Positions 17,378 through 26,352 of a stretch of DNA of 64,000 nt are shown one piece after another. The position numbers and the translations under genes are program-made. Below the pieces are notes generated by a model, which was not told the DNA's origin, searched no databases, and worked only from the letters and a program-made list of their open reading frames with translations. Source of the DNA: Arachnia sp. (GTDB taxonomy: Bacteria > Actinomycetota > Actinomycetes > Propionibacteriales > Propionibacteriaceae); NCBI GenBank assembly GCA_035326505.1, contig DAOLFC010000001.1, forward strand, positions 5,592 through 69,591, read 5' to 3'. Numbering within the stretch: position 1 is the stretch's first letter; each line of letters begins with the position of its first letter.

Positions 17378-18052
17378 CTATCCAGAAGCGCGGGAAATCG
17401 AGTCGGTCGCGGCCCATCTGGCGAGGCGGGCGATGAGGGCGCGGTGGACATCCGAGTCGTAGGAGCGCGCGTCGTGGCCGAGGAGGTCGACGGCGATCCG
17501 GGACGCACCGTACTCCCGCACCCACACCGTCGGTTCCGGTCCGTCGGGGCCCTCGTGCTGCGCGACGACGCGGTTGCGCCCGATGCCCTGGATGCTGCAG
17601 TAGCGCTCGTCGAACACCTCGAAGGGTTCAGGGAGCAGATCCCCGGCGTCAGGCGCGGGGACGATGGTGGCGGCGTCGGCCGGTGGATGCCAGGACAGGC
17701 CGGGGACCCACATTCCGCCCACGGCGGCGGCCCAGTCGGGGTAATCGCGCAGTGAGGAGACGGCGCAGTGCTGGGCCAGCACGGCCATGCCGCGGTCGAA
17801 CGCGGCCGTGAGTCCGGCGATGCCCGGTGCGTCGCGGGGGAGCTTGGTCGGGGAGTCGCGCCAGGGGTCTCCGGCGTTGACGACGAGCAGGTCGATCCCG
17901 TCGAGCCGGGTCATCGCACCGTCGACGTCATCGTCGATCTCGACGGCGAAGCCGGCCTCCCGGAGGATCTCCGCCAAGCGCTCACTGGTCTCGGTGAACG
18001 GGTGCCACGGGTCGGCGTACCTGCTGGAGCCACTGACGATCATCGCGCGCAT
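17378..18052 (-). CDS. ThuA-domain protein (trehalose-utilisation-like)
   Basis: 224 aa; MRAMIVSGSSRYADPWHPF... layout typical of ThuA-like proteins. Confidence 0.65.
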   Translation of the reverse strand: MRAMIVSGSSRYADPWHPFTETSERLAEILREAGFAVEIDDDVDGAMTRLDGIDLLVVNAGDPWRDSPTKLPRDAPGIAGLTAAFDRGMAVLAQHCAVSSLRDYPDWAAAVGGMWVPGLSWHPPADAATIVPAPDAGDLLPEPFEVFDERYCSIQGIGRNRVVAQHEGPDGPEPTVWVREYGASRIAVDLLGHDARSYDSDVHRALIARLARWAATDSISRASG

Positions 18053-18127
18053 GACTCGACGCTACCCAATCGCGGAGCCCACACCCACCACGCGCCGGAT
18101 GGCACGGCGCAATCCCTCACGTCGCGG

Positions 18128-18177
18128 CTTAGGAGTTCGTTCTTCCACCGACTTCGGTGGAACAGCGAACTCCTAAG
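18128..18177. repeat. 50-nt palindromic intergenic repeat, family 1, copy B
   Basis: cttaggagttcgttcttccaccgacttcggtggaacagcgaactcctaag, in the divergent region between thuA-like and the GH27 gene. Confidence 0.75.
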
Positions 18178-18204
18178 CGGAGGTCGGCTTCCCTGGGACG
18201 GGGC

Positions 18205-18246
18205 TTGCAACCGGGCGAGAGTCGTCTATGATCATGTATCGATACA
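18205..18246 (+). promoter_or_regulatory. candidate promoter (-35 TTGCAA, 16-nt spacer, -10 TATGAT) followed by the perfect 12-bp palindrome TGTATCGATACA (LacI-type operator)
   Basis: TTGCAA 18205-18210; TATGAT 18227-18232; palindrome 18235-18246 at the expected transcription start, upstream of GH27 gene 18362. Confidence 0.45.
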
Positions 18247-18361
18247 AGTTCGTGGCGCGATTTCGCTCGACGACGAGCCCCTGGGCAACCGCCGGAGCCG
18301 AGGACGAACAACAACGGGTAAGGCTGCCCCTGATACCCGCACCACACGAGAAGGAACCCCC

Positions 18362-19681
18362 ATGACCCTGAAGCCCGCTCTCACCCCGCCCATGGGGTGG
18401 AACAGCTGGGACTGCTACGGCACGACCATCACCGAGGACGAGGTCCTCGCCAACGCCCGGTTCATGGCCGAGCACCTGGCTCCCTTCGGCTGGGACACGA
18501 TCGTGATCGACGCCGACTGGGCCGATCCCGGCGCCCGGTCCCATGGATACAACGCCGCGGCCGAGCTGCACCTCGACGAGTACGGCCGCCTCGTCCCCGA
18601 TCCGGTGCGCTTCCCCAGTGCCGCCGACGGTGCGGGGTTCGGCCCGCTCGCGGAGCAGGTCCACGCGCTCGGCCTGCGCTTCGGCATCCACATCATGCGC
18701 GGGCTGACCCGTCGCGCCATCGCGCTGCGCACCCCGATCCTCGGCACCGGGGTCACCGCCGCCGATATCGCGGACCCGGACAACGTCTGCGAGTGGAACC
18801 CGCACTACGTCGGGATGCGGATGACGGATCCGGCCGCCCAGGCCTACTACGACTCGCTGGCCGCCCTGTACGCCGAATGGGGCGTCGACTTCGTCAAGGC
18901 CGACGACCTGCTGTGGCCGTACCAGCGCGCCGACATCGAGGCCCTCTCGCAGGCCCTGGGGAACTCCGGGCGCGAGTTCCAGCTGAGCCTCTCGCCCGGC
19001 CGCGACATGTCGCTCGCGCGGCTCGACCACCTGCGCGAGAACGCGACGATGTGGCGGATCTGCGACGACGTCTGGGACCGCTGGCAGGACGTCGAGGACA
19101 ACTTCGCCCGGTTCGCGCGCTGGGCCCCGCACGCCGGCCCGCAGGGCTGGCCCGACGGCGACATGCTCCCGCTGGGGCGCATCGGCATCCGCGCCGAGCG
19201 CGGCGCGCCCCGCCAGGACGGGTTCACGCCCGCGGAGCGGACCTCGCTGATGACGCTGTGGGTGATCGCCCGCTCGCCGCTGATGATCGGCGGAGACCTG
19301 CCCACCAGCGATCCCGCCACGGTCGCGCTGTTCACCAACGCCGACGTCATCGAGGTGCTGCGGTCGTCGTCGAACAACCGCGAGCTGGCCCGCGAGGGCG
19401 CGTTCGTCTTCTGGGGGGCCGACGGTGCCGACGGCGTCCGCTACGCCGCCGTGTTCCACCTCGGCGAGACCCCCGTCGACATCGCGCTCGACGCCCAGGC
19501 GCTCGGGCTGCCGGCCTCGGGAGGCGAGGTGCGGGAGCTGTGGTCCGGTGCCGTCGTCGCGCTGGAGTCGGTCTCGGTCCAGAGCAACGCGGCCCGCGGC
19601 GTCGCGCCCGGCAGCGCGGCCCTGCGCCTGTCCCTCGACGCACATGGGGCGGCGCTGCTCCGCTTCACCCCCCTCACCTGA
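18362..19681 (+). CDS. GH27-family alpha-galactosidase-like glycosidase
   Basis: 439 aa from ATG 18362; PPMGWNSWDCYG and VDFVKADD motifs. Confidence 0.8.
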   Translation: MTLKPALTPPMGWNSWDCYGTTITEDEVLANARFMAEHLAPFGWDTIVIDADWADPGARSHGYNAAAELHLDEYGRLVPDPVRFPSAADGAGFGPLAEQVHALGLRFGIHIMRGLTRRAIALRTPILGTGVTAADIADPDNVCEWNPHYVGMRMTDPAAQAYYDSLAALYAEWGVDFVKADDLLWPYQRADIEALSQALGNSGREFQLSLSPGRDMSLARLDHLRENATMWRICDDVWDRWQDVEDNFARFARWAPHAGPQGWPDGDMLPLGRIGIRAERGAPRQDGFTPAERTSLMTLWVIARSPLMIGGDLPTSDPATVALFTNADVIEVLRSSSNNRELAREGAFVFWGADGADGVRYAAVFHLGETPVDIALDAQALGLPASGGEVRELWSGAVVALESVSVQSNAARGVAPGSAALRLSLDAHGAALLRFTPLT

Positions 19682-19693
19682 AAGGATTGCCTC

Positions 19694-20623
19694 ATGAAGT
19701 ACCTCTCCCAACGATCCGTCCCGCTCCCCGCGTCCAACGTCGTGCTCGGCCTGATGCGCATCCAGAAGCTGAGCGACGAGGAGATCCGCACGCTGGTGCG
19801 GACCGCCCGCGACGCCGGCGTCAATGTCTTCGACCATGCCGACATCTACGGCAGCCCGCGCCACGCGTGCGAGCAGCGTTTCGGCGACGCGGGCGCGGTG
19901 CCCGCCGCCGAGCGCGACCAGGTGATCATCCAGTCGAAGGTCGGCATCCGGCCCGGCTTCTTCGACTTCTCCACCGAGCACATCCTCGCGACCGTCGACG
20001 AGTCGCTGGCCGCGCTGAACACCGACTACCTCGACGTCCTCCTCCTGCACCGTCCGGACACCCTGGTCGAGCCCGACGAGGTGGCGGCGGCGTTCGACGA
20101 GCTGGAGGCGGCCGGGAAGGTGCGCGCGTTCGGCGTCTCCAACCACACCCCGGGGCAGATCGAGCTGTTGAAGCAGTCGGTCCGGCAGCCGCTGGGGATC
20201 AACCAGGTCCAGCTGAGCATCACGCACGCGCCGCTGATCGCGCAGGGCGTGGCTATGAACATGGTGGGCGAGCCGCAGTCGCAGAGCCTCGACGTCGGAC
20301 TGCTCGACTACTCGCGGTTGACCAAGATGACGCTCCAGGCGTGGTCGCCGTTCCAGGCGGGCTTCTTCACCGGCGTGTTCCTCGGCGACCGGAAGAACTA
20401 CGCCGAGCTGAACGACGTGCTCGACGAGCTGGCCGCCGCCTACGACGTGACCCCGACCGGCATCGCGGTGGCGTGGATCACCCGTCACCCGGCGGACATG
20501 CAGGTGGTGCTGGGCACCACCAACCCGCAGCGCGTGGCCGACTCGGCCGCCGGCTCGGAGGTTCCGCTCACTCGCGAGGAGTGGTACCGGATCTTCCGCG
20601 CCGCCGGCCATCGCCTGCCGTAG
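19694..20623 (+). CDS. aldo/keto reductase
   Basis: 309 aa; VFDHADIYG, LLLHRPD, FGVSNH. Confidence 0.85.
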   Translation: MKYLSQRSVPLPASNVVLGLMRIQKLSDEEIRTLVRTARDAGVNVFDHADIYGSPRHACEQRFGDAGAVPAAERDQVIIQSKVGIRPGFFDFSTEHILATVDESLAALNTDYLDVLLLHRPDTLVEPDEVAAAFDELEAAGKVRAFGVSNHTPGQIELLKQSVRQPLGINQVQLSITHAPLIAQGVAMNMVGEPQSQSLDVGLLDYSRLTKMTLQAWSPFQAGFFTGVFLGDRKNYAELNDVLDELAAAYDVTPTGIAVAWITRHPADMQVVLGTTNPQRVADSAAGSEVPLTREEWYRIFRAAGHRLP

Positions 20624-20635
20624 GCGCACCGTGCC

Positions 20636-20675
20636 GGTTATGCCGTGCTGGCCAGGGGGCCAGCACGGCATAACC
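20636..20675. terminator. bidirectional hairpin terminator between convergent genes
   Basis: 18-bp perfect stem ggttatgccgtgctggcc / ggccagcacggcataacc, loop aggg. Confidence 0.6.
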
Positions 20676-20706
20676 AGCCGTCTTCCTCGACGACGGTCCC
20701 GCGGGC

Positions 20707-21936
20707 TCAGAAGATGGGCCGCCAAGGGCTGAGGAGGACCTCGGTGAGCTTCGCGAGGCGGGAGCGGGCGTGCCAACGGTCCTCGGTCAGTTCGATGGTG
20801 TTGGACTCGTCGACGCGGAAGATCTTCTCCATCTGGTCCGCGACGTCCTCGTCGGTGACCTCCAGGTTCACCTCGTAGTTGCCCATCAGACTGAGCCGAT
20901 CCAGATTGGCCGTGCCGATGGTCGACCAGCTCCCGTCGATGGTCGCCGTCTTCGCATGCACCATCGCGCCCTGGTAGAGGAACAGCCGCACGCCCGATTG
21001 CAGCAGCGTCGCGTACTGGTTGCGCGACAGCCAGTCGGCCACGACGTGGTTGGAGCGGTGCGGGATGATGATCCGCACGTCGACCCCCCGGCGCGCGGCG
21101 TCGCGGAGGGCGGCGACGAGATCCGCGTCGGGAAGCAGATAGGCGTGGGTGAGCCAGATGCGGTGCTGGGCGCGATCGATCGCCTCCAGGTACATGTTGC
21201 GGATCGGGTAGACCTGGATCCGCGGGGTGTTGCGGTGTACCCGCAGCTTGCTGACCCATCGCCGCGGTGGGTCGTCGGCGATGTAGCCGTGCCGGCCCCG
21301 GCGGAGATGCAGGTTCCAGAAGTCGATGAAGGCGTTCTCCAGCTCCGCGACGCCCGGGCCCACCACCCGCGCGTGGGTGTCGCGCCAGCCCGTCGCGTAC
21401 AGGCTGCCGATGTTGTATCCCCCGACGAAGCCCACGCGGGAATCGATCACCAGCAGCTTGCGGTGGTCGCGACCCCAGTGGCGCGGCGACCACGGCATCG
21501 GGAAGAACGGATGCCGCATCACCCGCAGAGACCTGGGCATCCGGAGGAAGCCGCGCGGCACGACGAGGTTGGCGAACTCGTCCCACACGACGTGGACCGT
21601 CACGCCGCGTTCGGCCGCCTGGGTGAGCGCGTCCTTGAACCGCTGCCCCACCGCGTCGGACTTCCAGATGAAGGTCTCGAAGTAGATCACCCTCTCCGCC
21701 CGGTGGATCTCGGCGATCATGTCGGCATAGAGATCCTCGCCGTAGGTGTAGACGGTCACCTCGTCCTCGCCCGCCTGGATCGGCACCGGCGCGACCGTCG
21801 GGAACTTGCGCAGCTTGCGGCGCTTGTTGCGCGCGGACTCGAGGACGGTGAGCCCGATCATCAGGCCGATCTGGGCGAGCAGTATGCCCAGCGTCGCTCG
21901 ATTGATCCAGGTGCGGAGCCGGGCGAACCGAGTCAT
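20707..21936 (-). CDS. phospholipase D-family protein (cardiolipin synthase-like)
   Basis: 409 aa; N-terminal TM; two HKD motifs HRKLLVIDSRVGFVGGYN and HAKTATIDGSWSTIGTANLD. Confidence 0.8.
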   Translation of the reverse strand: MTRFARLRTWINRATLGILLAQIGLMIGLTVLESARNKRRKLRKFPTVAPVPIQAGEDEVTVYTYGEDLYADMIAEIHRAERVIYFETFIWKSDAVGQRFKDALTQAAERGVTVHVVWDEFANLVVPRGFLRMPRSLRVMRHPFFPMPWSPRHWGRDHRKLLVIDSRVGFVGGYNIGSLYATGWRDTHARVVGPGVAELENAFIDFWNLHLRRGRHGYIADDPPRRWVSKLRVHRNTPRIQVYPIRNMYLEAIDRAQHRIWLTHAYLLPDADLVAALRDAARRGVDVRIIIPHRSNHVVADWLSRNQYATLLQSGVRLFLYQGAMVHAKTATIDGSWSTIGTANLDRLSLMGNYEVNLEVTDEDVADQMEKIFRVDESNTIELTEDRWHARSRLAKLTEVLLSPWRPIF

Positions 21937-21970
21937 GACGGGAGTCTATCGGGCCCCGTCGGGCGGCGGT

Positions 21971-22978
21971 TCACGGGCGCGGAGGAGCGGTGGTGCAACG
22001 GACCACCAGCTCCGTCGGGATCACCGTCCGGAAGGGAAGGGACAGGTCGAAGTCGCGGAGCTGGCCCAGCACCAACTCGACCAGCCCGTGGCCGATCTCG
22101 GAGAAGTCCTGCCGGACCGTGGTGAGCGGAGGATGGATGAACTCGCCGACGGTGATGCCGTCGAAGCCCACCACCGAGACGTCCTCCGGCACCCGTCGCC
22201 CGCCCTCGTGCAGGGCCCTGATCAGGCCGATGGCCATCTCGTCGTTGGCGACGTAGACGGCCGTCAGGGTGGGGTCCTGGCAGAGTTGCCGGCCGAGCAG
22301 ATAGCCCGATCGGGGGGTCCAGTCGCCGCGCAGGACCGGCGGCGGCGTCGCCCCGGCGACTTCGAGGCAGCGTCGCCAGGTGGCCTCGCGGATCTGGGCA
22401 GGGATCGAATCCGGGGGTCCCCCGATGTGGTGGACCGTCCGGTGCCCCAGGCTGAGCAGGTGCGTGGTCGCGTCCATCGTGCCCTGCACCTGGTCGGCGA
22501 TGACCGAGGGGTAGTGGGCCATCAGCCGCGAATCGGACACCGCGACGGGCAGCCGGGCGGGGAGCTTGAGGGTGGAGGGGCTGGCCTGCTCCGCGCGCAC
22601 GATGATCAGGCCGTCGATCGCCTGGTTCGAGATCAGGTGCGCGGCCTGCTGCCAGTGCTCGTCGTCGGGGGTGTCGATGCTGAGCAGGGTCACGGTGTAG
22701 CCGTGCTTCTCCGCGGCCCTGATCACGCCGCTGGTGATCAGCGTCTCGCCGGTGCGCTCGTAGCGGTGCGCGATCAGGCCGAGCGCGCCGAAGGTGCCGT
22801 TGCGCAGCGAGCGCGCCGCATGGTTGGGGGAGTAGCCCAGCTTCGACATGGCCTCCAGGACCCGGGCGCGGGTCTCGGATCGGACATTCTCGGCGCCGGT
22901 GGAGACACGGGAGACGGTCTGGCTCGACACTCCCGCCAGCTGGGCGACGTCGGCGATCGTCGGGCCGCTCTTCCTCAT
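21971..22978 (-). CDS. LacI-family transcriptional regulator
   Basis: ATG 22978 (alternative 22990); HTH TIADVAQLAGVSSQTVSRVSTG; divergent from the SBP operon at 23219. Confidence 0.85.
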   Translation of the reverse strand: MRKSGPTIADVAQLAGVSSQTVSRVSTGAENVRSETRARVLEAMSKLGYSPNHAARSLRNGTFGALGLIAHRYERTGETLITSGVIRAAEKHGYTVTLLSIDTPDDEHWQQAAHLISNQAIDGLIIVRAEQASPSTLKLPARLPVAVSDSRLMAHYPSVIADQVQGTMDATTHLLSLGHRTVHHIGGPPDSIPAQIREATWRRCLEVAGATPPPVLRGDWTPRSGYLLGRQLCQDPTLTAVYVANDEMAIGLIRALHEGGRRVPEDVSVVGFDGITVGEFIHPPLTTVRQDFSEIGHGLVELVLGQLRDFDLSLPFRTVIPTELVVRCTTAPPRP

Positions 22979-23117
22979 GGCTCCACCCATGGCCCGAAGT
23001 CTAGCGTGACACGGCGCGATGGCGACGTCGCCAATGAGTGGGTATTGTCGCATCGCAGGCAAGAATCGTTATCACTCCGTTATTGACCCCGGCTATTACG
23101 AAGGCCCGAGGCCTGCT

Positions 23118-23133
23118 ATGTTTACGTCAACAT
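23118..23133. promoter_or_regulatory. 16-bp near-palindrome ATGTTTACGTCAACAT (candidate LacI operator)
   Basis: 14/16 self-complementary; lies between the divergent LacI gene and SBP gene 23219. Confidence 0.35.
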
Positions 23134-23218
23134 TCCACGGTCGAGGCGGACCGAAACCCTCCCAGACCGACGCCCGGCGCCACGGCGCAACGCACCCGAC
23201 CCGAGAGGGAAGAACCAG

Positions 23219-24544
23219 ATGAAGATCACCAAGAGGATGGCGGCCGCGGCCGTCGCCCTGCCGCTCGCCCTGAGCCTCGCCGCGTGCGGTGGCGGCACCG
23301 ACCCGGGCACCACCGACCCGGGAAGCACCTCCACCGGCACCGGCGAGCCCGGCAACAACACGCTGACGGTGTGGGCATGGGATCCCGCCTTCAACATCTA
23401 CGCCATGGAGCAGGCGGCGGAGATCTACAAGCAGGACCACCCCGACTTCGAGCTCAAGGTCGAAGAGACGTCGTGGGACGACCTGCAGACCAAGCTCACC
23501 ACGCTCGCGCAGTCGCAGCAGTTCGACGAGCTTCCCGACATCTTCCTCACGCAGAACAACGCGTTCCAGAAGAACGTCCTCAACTACCCCGATCTGTTCA
23601 GCAACTTCTCCGAGAGCGGGATCGACTTCAGCGAGTTCCCTGAGGGCGTCACCGCGTTCTCGGTGGTCGACGGCGTGAACTACGGTCTGCCCTTCGACAA
23701 CGGCACCGCGATCAACGCGCTGCGCACCGACGTGCTGCAGGAGGCCGGCTACACCGTCGACGACTTCACCGACATCACCTGGAGCGAGTACATCACCAAG
23801 GGCAAGGACGTGCTCGCCAAGACCGGCAAGCCGCTGCTGTCCGGCCAGGCAGGCTCCTCCGACCTGCTCATGATGATGCTGCAGAGCGCCGGCGCCAGCC
23901 TCTTCGACGAGGAGGGCAACCCCACCATCGTCGGCAACGAGGCGCTGATCAACGCCATGGGCGTCTACCAGGAGCTCGTGAGCACCGGCGTGATGGTCGA
24001 GGTGAACTCGTGGGACGAGTACATCGGCACCTTCGTGAACTCCAGCGTGGCCGGCACCATCAACGGCGTGTGGATCCTCGGCTCCATCCAGACCGCTGAG
24101 GACCAGTCGGGCAACTGGGCCATCACCAACCTGCCGAAGCTCGACGGCATCGACGGCGCCACCAACTTCTCCGCCAACGGTGGCTCGTCGTGGGCGATCA
24201 GCTCCACCGCGGACACCGCGCTCGCGGCGGACTTCCTGGGCGCCACCTTCGCCGGCTCCACCGAGTTCTTCGACACGATCCTGCCGTCCTCGGGTGCCGT
24301 GGCCAACTGGCTGCCGGCCGGCGAGAGCGCCGTCTACGCGGAGCCGCAGGAGTTCTTCGGCGGCCAGCCCGTCTTCGCCAAGGTGCTGGAGTTCTCGGCC
24401 GAGGTGCCGAGCAACAACACCGGCGCCTACTACTACGAGGGTCGCGACGCCGTGAGCGCCGCCATGACCAAGATCCTCGGCGGAACCGCCGTCGACACCG
24501 CGCTCGACGAGGCGCAGAAGAACGTCGAGTTCGCGATGTCGTGA
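23219..24544 (+). CDS. sugar ABC transporter substrate-binding lipoprotein
   Basis: 441 aa; signal plus lipobox LALSLAAC. Confidence 0.85.
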   Translation: MKITKRMAAAAVALPLALSLAACGGGTDPGTTDPGSTSTGTGEPGNNTLTVWAWDPAFNIYAMEQAAEIYKQDHPDFELKVEETSWDDLQTKLTTLAQSQQFDELPDIFLTQNNAFQKNVLNYPDLFSNFSESGIDFSEFPEGVTAFSVVDGVNYGLPFDNGTAINALRTDVLQEAGYTVDDFTDITWSEYITKGKDVLAKTGKPLLSGQAGSSDLLMMMLQSAGASLFDEEGNPTIVGNEALINAMGVYQELVSTGVMVEVNSWDEYIGTFVNSSVAGTINGVWILGSIQTAEDQSGNWAITNLPKLDGIDGATNFSANGGSSWAISSTADTALAADFLGATFAGSTEFFDTILPSSGAVANWLPAGESAVYAEPQEFFGGQPVFAKVLEFSAEVPSNNTGAYYYEGRDAVSAAMTKILGGTAVDTALDEAQKNVEFAMS

Positions 24545-24557
24545 TCTCCTGATGGTG

Positions 24558-24588
24558 ACGGGGGCGTGCCACATCGGCGCGCCCCCGT
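24558..24588 (+). terminator. GC hairpin after the SBP gene (attenuator/mRNA stabiliser)
   Basis: acgggggcg ... cgcccccgt, 9-bp stem, 13 nt after the stop. Confidence 0.35.
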
Positions 24589-24611
24589 TGCCGCGGAAGG
24601 CGGATTGATAT

Positions 24612-25547
24612 ATGTCACAACACACGATTGAGGCGGCGCCTGCCGCCCCCCGCAAGGCCGGGCAGGGCTTCGGTCTTGAACAGCGCCGCAACCTCACCGG
24701 CTGGATCTTCCTCATCCCGGCAGCGCTGCTGATCCTGGTGATGAACTTCTACCCGATGTTCCAGGCCTTCATCCTCTCGCTGAAGACCGGCCGCGGCACC
24801 AACCTGAACTGGGCCGAGCCGCTCTGGTACAACTACAGCCGGCTGTTCCAGGACGAGATCTTCAAGATGACGGTGAGCAACACCTTCATCTACCTCCTCG
24901 TCCAGGTGCCGATCATGCTGGTCGCCGCCCTGGTGCTGGCCAACATCCTCAACGACAAGAACCTGCGGTTCAAGGGCCTGTGGCGCACCGCGATCTTCCT
25001 GCCGTGCGCCGTCTCCCTGGTGAGCTACTCGCTGGTGTTCCGCACGATGTTCGCCAACGACGGCATGGCCAACGACCTCCTGCTGGCGATCGGCCTCATC
25101 GACTCGCCGGTCAACTGGCTGGGCAACACCGGCACGGCGCGCTTCGTGCTGATCCTCGGCCTGCTCTGGCGCTGGACCGGATACAACATGGTGTTCTACC
25201 TTGCGGGCCTGCAGAACATCGACGCCTCCTCGCTGGAGGCCGCCAAGATCGACGGCGCCGGATCGTTCAAGACCTTCTGGTACGTGACGGTTCCCCAGCT
25301 CAAGCCGATGATCCTGCTCACCGCGATCATGTCGACCAACGGCACGATCCAGTTGTTCGACGAGTCCTGGAACCTCACCCAGGGCGGCCCGGCGTACACC
25401 ACGATGACCATGTCGCACTACCTGTTCGAGCTGTCCTTCCAGAAGAACCCCAACTTCGGCTACGGCGCCGCGCTGTCCTATGTGATCCTGATCATGGTCG
25501 CGGTCCTGGCCTTCATCCAGATGAAGGTGGGTGACACCCGTGACTAG
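24612..25547 (+). CDS. sugar ABC transporter permease
   Basis: 311 aa; EAA loop LEAAKIDGAGSFKTFWYVTVPQL. Confidence 0.85.
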   Translation: MSQHTIEAAPAAPRKAGQGFGLEQRRNLTGWIFLIPAALLILVMNFYPMFQAFILSLKTGRGTNLNWAEPLWYNYSRLFQDEIFKMTVSNTFIYLLVQVPIMLVAALVLANILNDKNLRFKGLWRTAIFLPCAVSLVSYSLVFRTMFANDGMANDLLLAIGLIDSPVNWLGNTGTARFVLILGLLWRWTGYNMVFYLAGLQNIDASSLEAAKIDGAGSFKTFWYVTVPQLKPMILLTAIMSTNGTIQLFDESWNLTQGGPAYTTMTMSHYLFELSFQKNPNFGYGAALSYVILIMVAVLAFIQMKVGDTRD

Positions 25548-26352
25548 AACTCAACTGCGCCGGATCCCCTCGTACGCGTTCCTCGTCTTCTCGGCGTTCG
25601 TCTCGGTATTCCCGCTGTACTACATGGCCGTCTCGGCGACCAACACCAGCAACGACGTGCTGAACTCGCGGCTGCTTCCGGGCACGGCGCTGTTCGAGAA
25701 CTTCGCCAAGCTGGTCGCGCAGCAGGACGTCGCCTCGGCCATGTGGTACTCGACGCTCAACGCGGTGGCCACCACGGTGCTCGCGCTGATCGTCTGCTCG
25801 GTCGCCGGATACGGCTTCGAGGTGTTCCACTCCAAGGGCAAGGACCGCCTGATGGCGGTGCTGCTGCTGGCCATGATGATCCCGTTCGCGGCGACGATGA
25901 TCCCGCTATTCCAGATGTTCGCCCAGTTCGGCATGGTCAACTCCACCTTCGCGGTGATCCTGCCCGCCATCTCGACGCCGTTCCTGGTGCTGCTGTTCCG
26001 CCAGGCGGCGCGCGGCTTCCCTCACGAGATCATCGAGGCCGCCCGGATCGACGGTCTGCGCGAGGTGTCGATCTTCTTCCGGATCTTCCTGCCCACGATG
26101 CGCTCGACGCTGGCCGCCGCGGCCGTGATCACCTTCATGACCGCATGGAACAACTTCCTGTGGCCCAAGGTGATCCTGGTCAGCAACTCCTACCAGACGA
26201 TGCCGATGCTCATCGCCAACCTGCGGGCCGGCTACGTGACCGACTACGGCGTGCTGATGCTCGCCGTGCTGATCGCGTCTCTGCCTACCATGGTCATCTT
26301 CCTTGTCCTGCAACGCGCCTTCGCCGAAGGCATCACCGGAGCCATTAAATGA
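25531..26352 (+). CDS. sugar ABC transporter permease
   Basis: 273 aa (GTG 25531 or in-frame GTG 25540; overlaps the upstream gene); IEAARIDGLREVSIFFRIFLP. Confidence 0.85.
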   Translation: MTPVTRTQLRRIPSYAFLVFSAFVSVFPLYYMAVSATNTSNDVLNSRLLPGTALFENFAKLVAQQDVASAMWYSTLNAVATTVLALIVCSVAGYGFEVFHSKGKDRLMAVLLLAMMIPFAATMIPLFQMFAQFGMVNSTFAVILPAISTPFLVLLFRQAARGFPHEIIEAARIDGLREVSIFFRIFLPTMRSTLAAAAVITFMTAWNNFLWPKVILVSNSYQTMPMLIANLRAGYVTDYGVLMLAVLIASLPTMVIFLVLQRAFAEGITGAIK

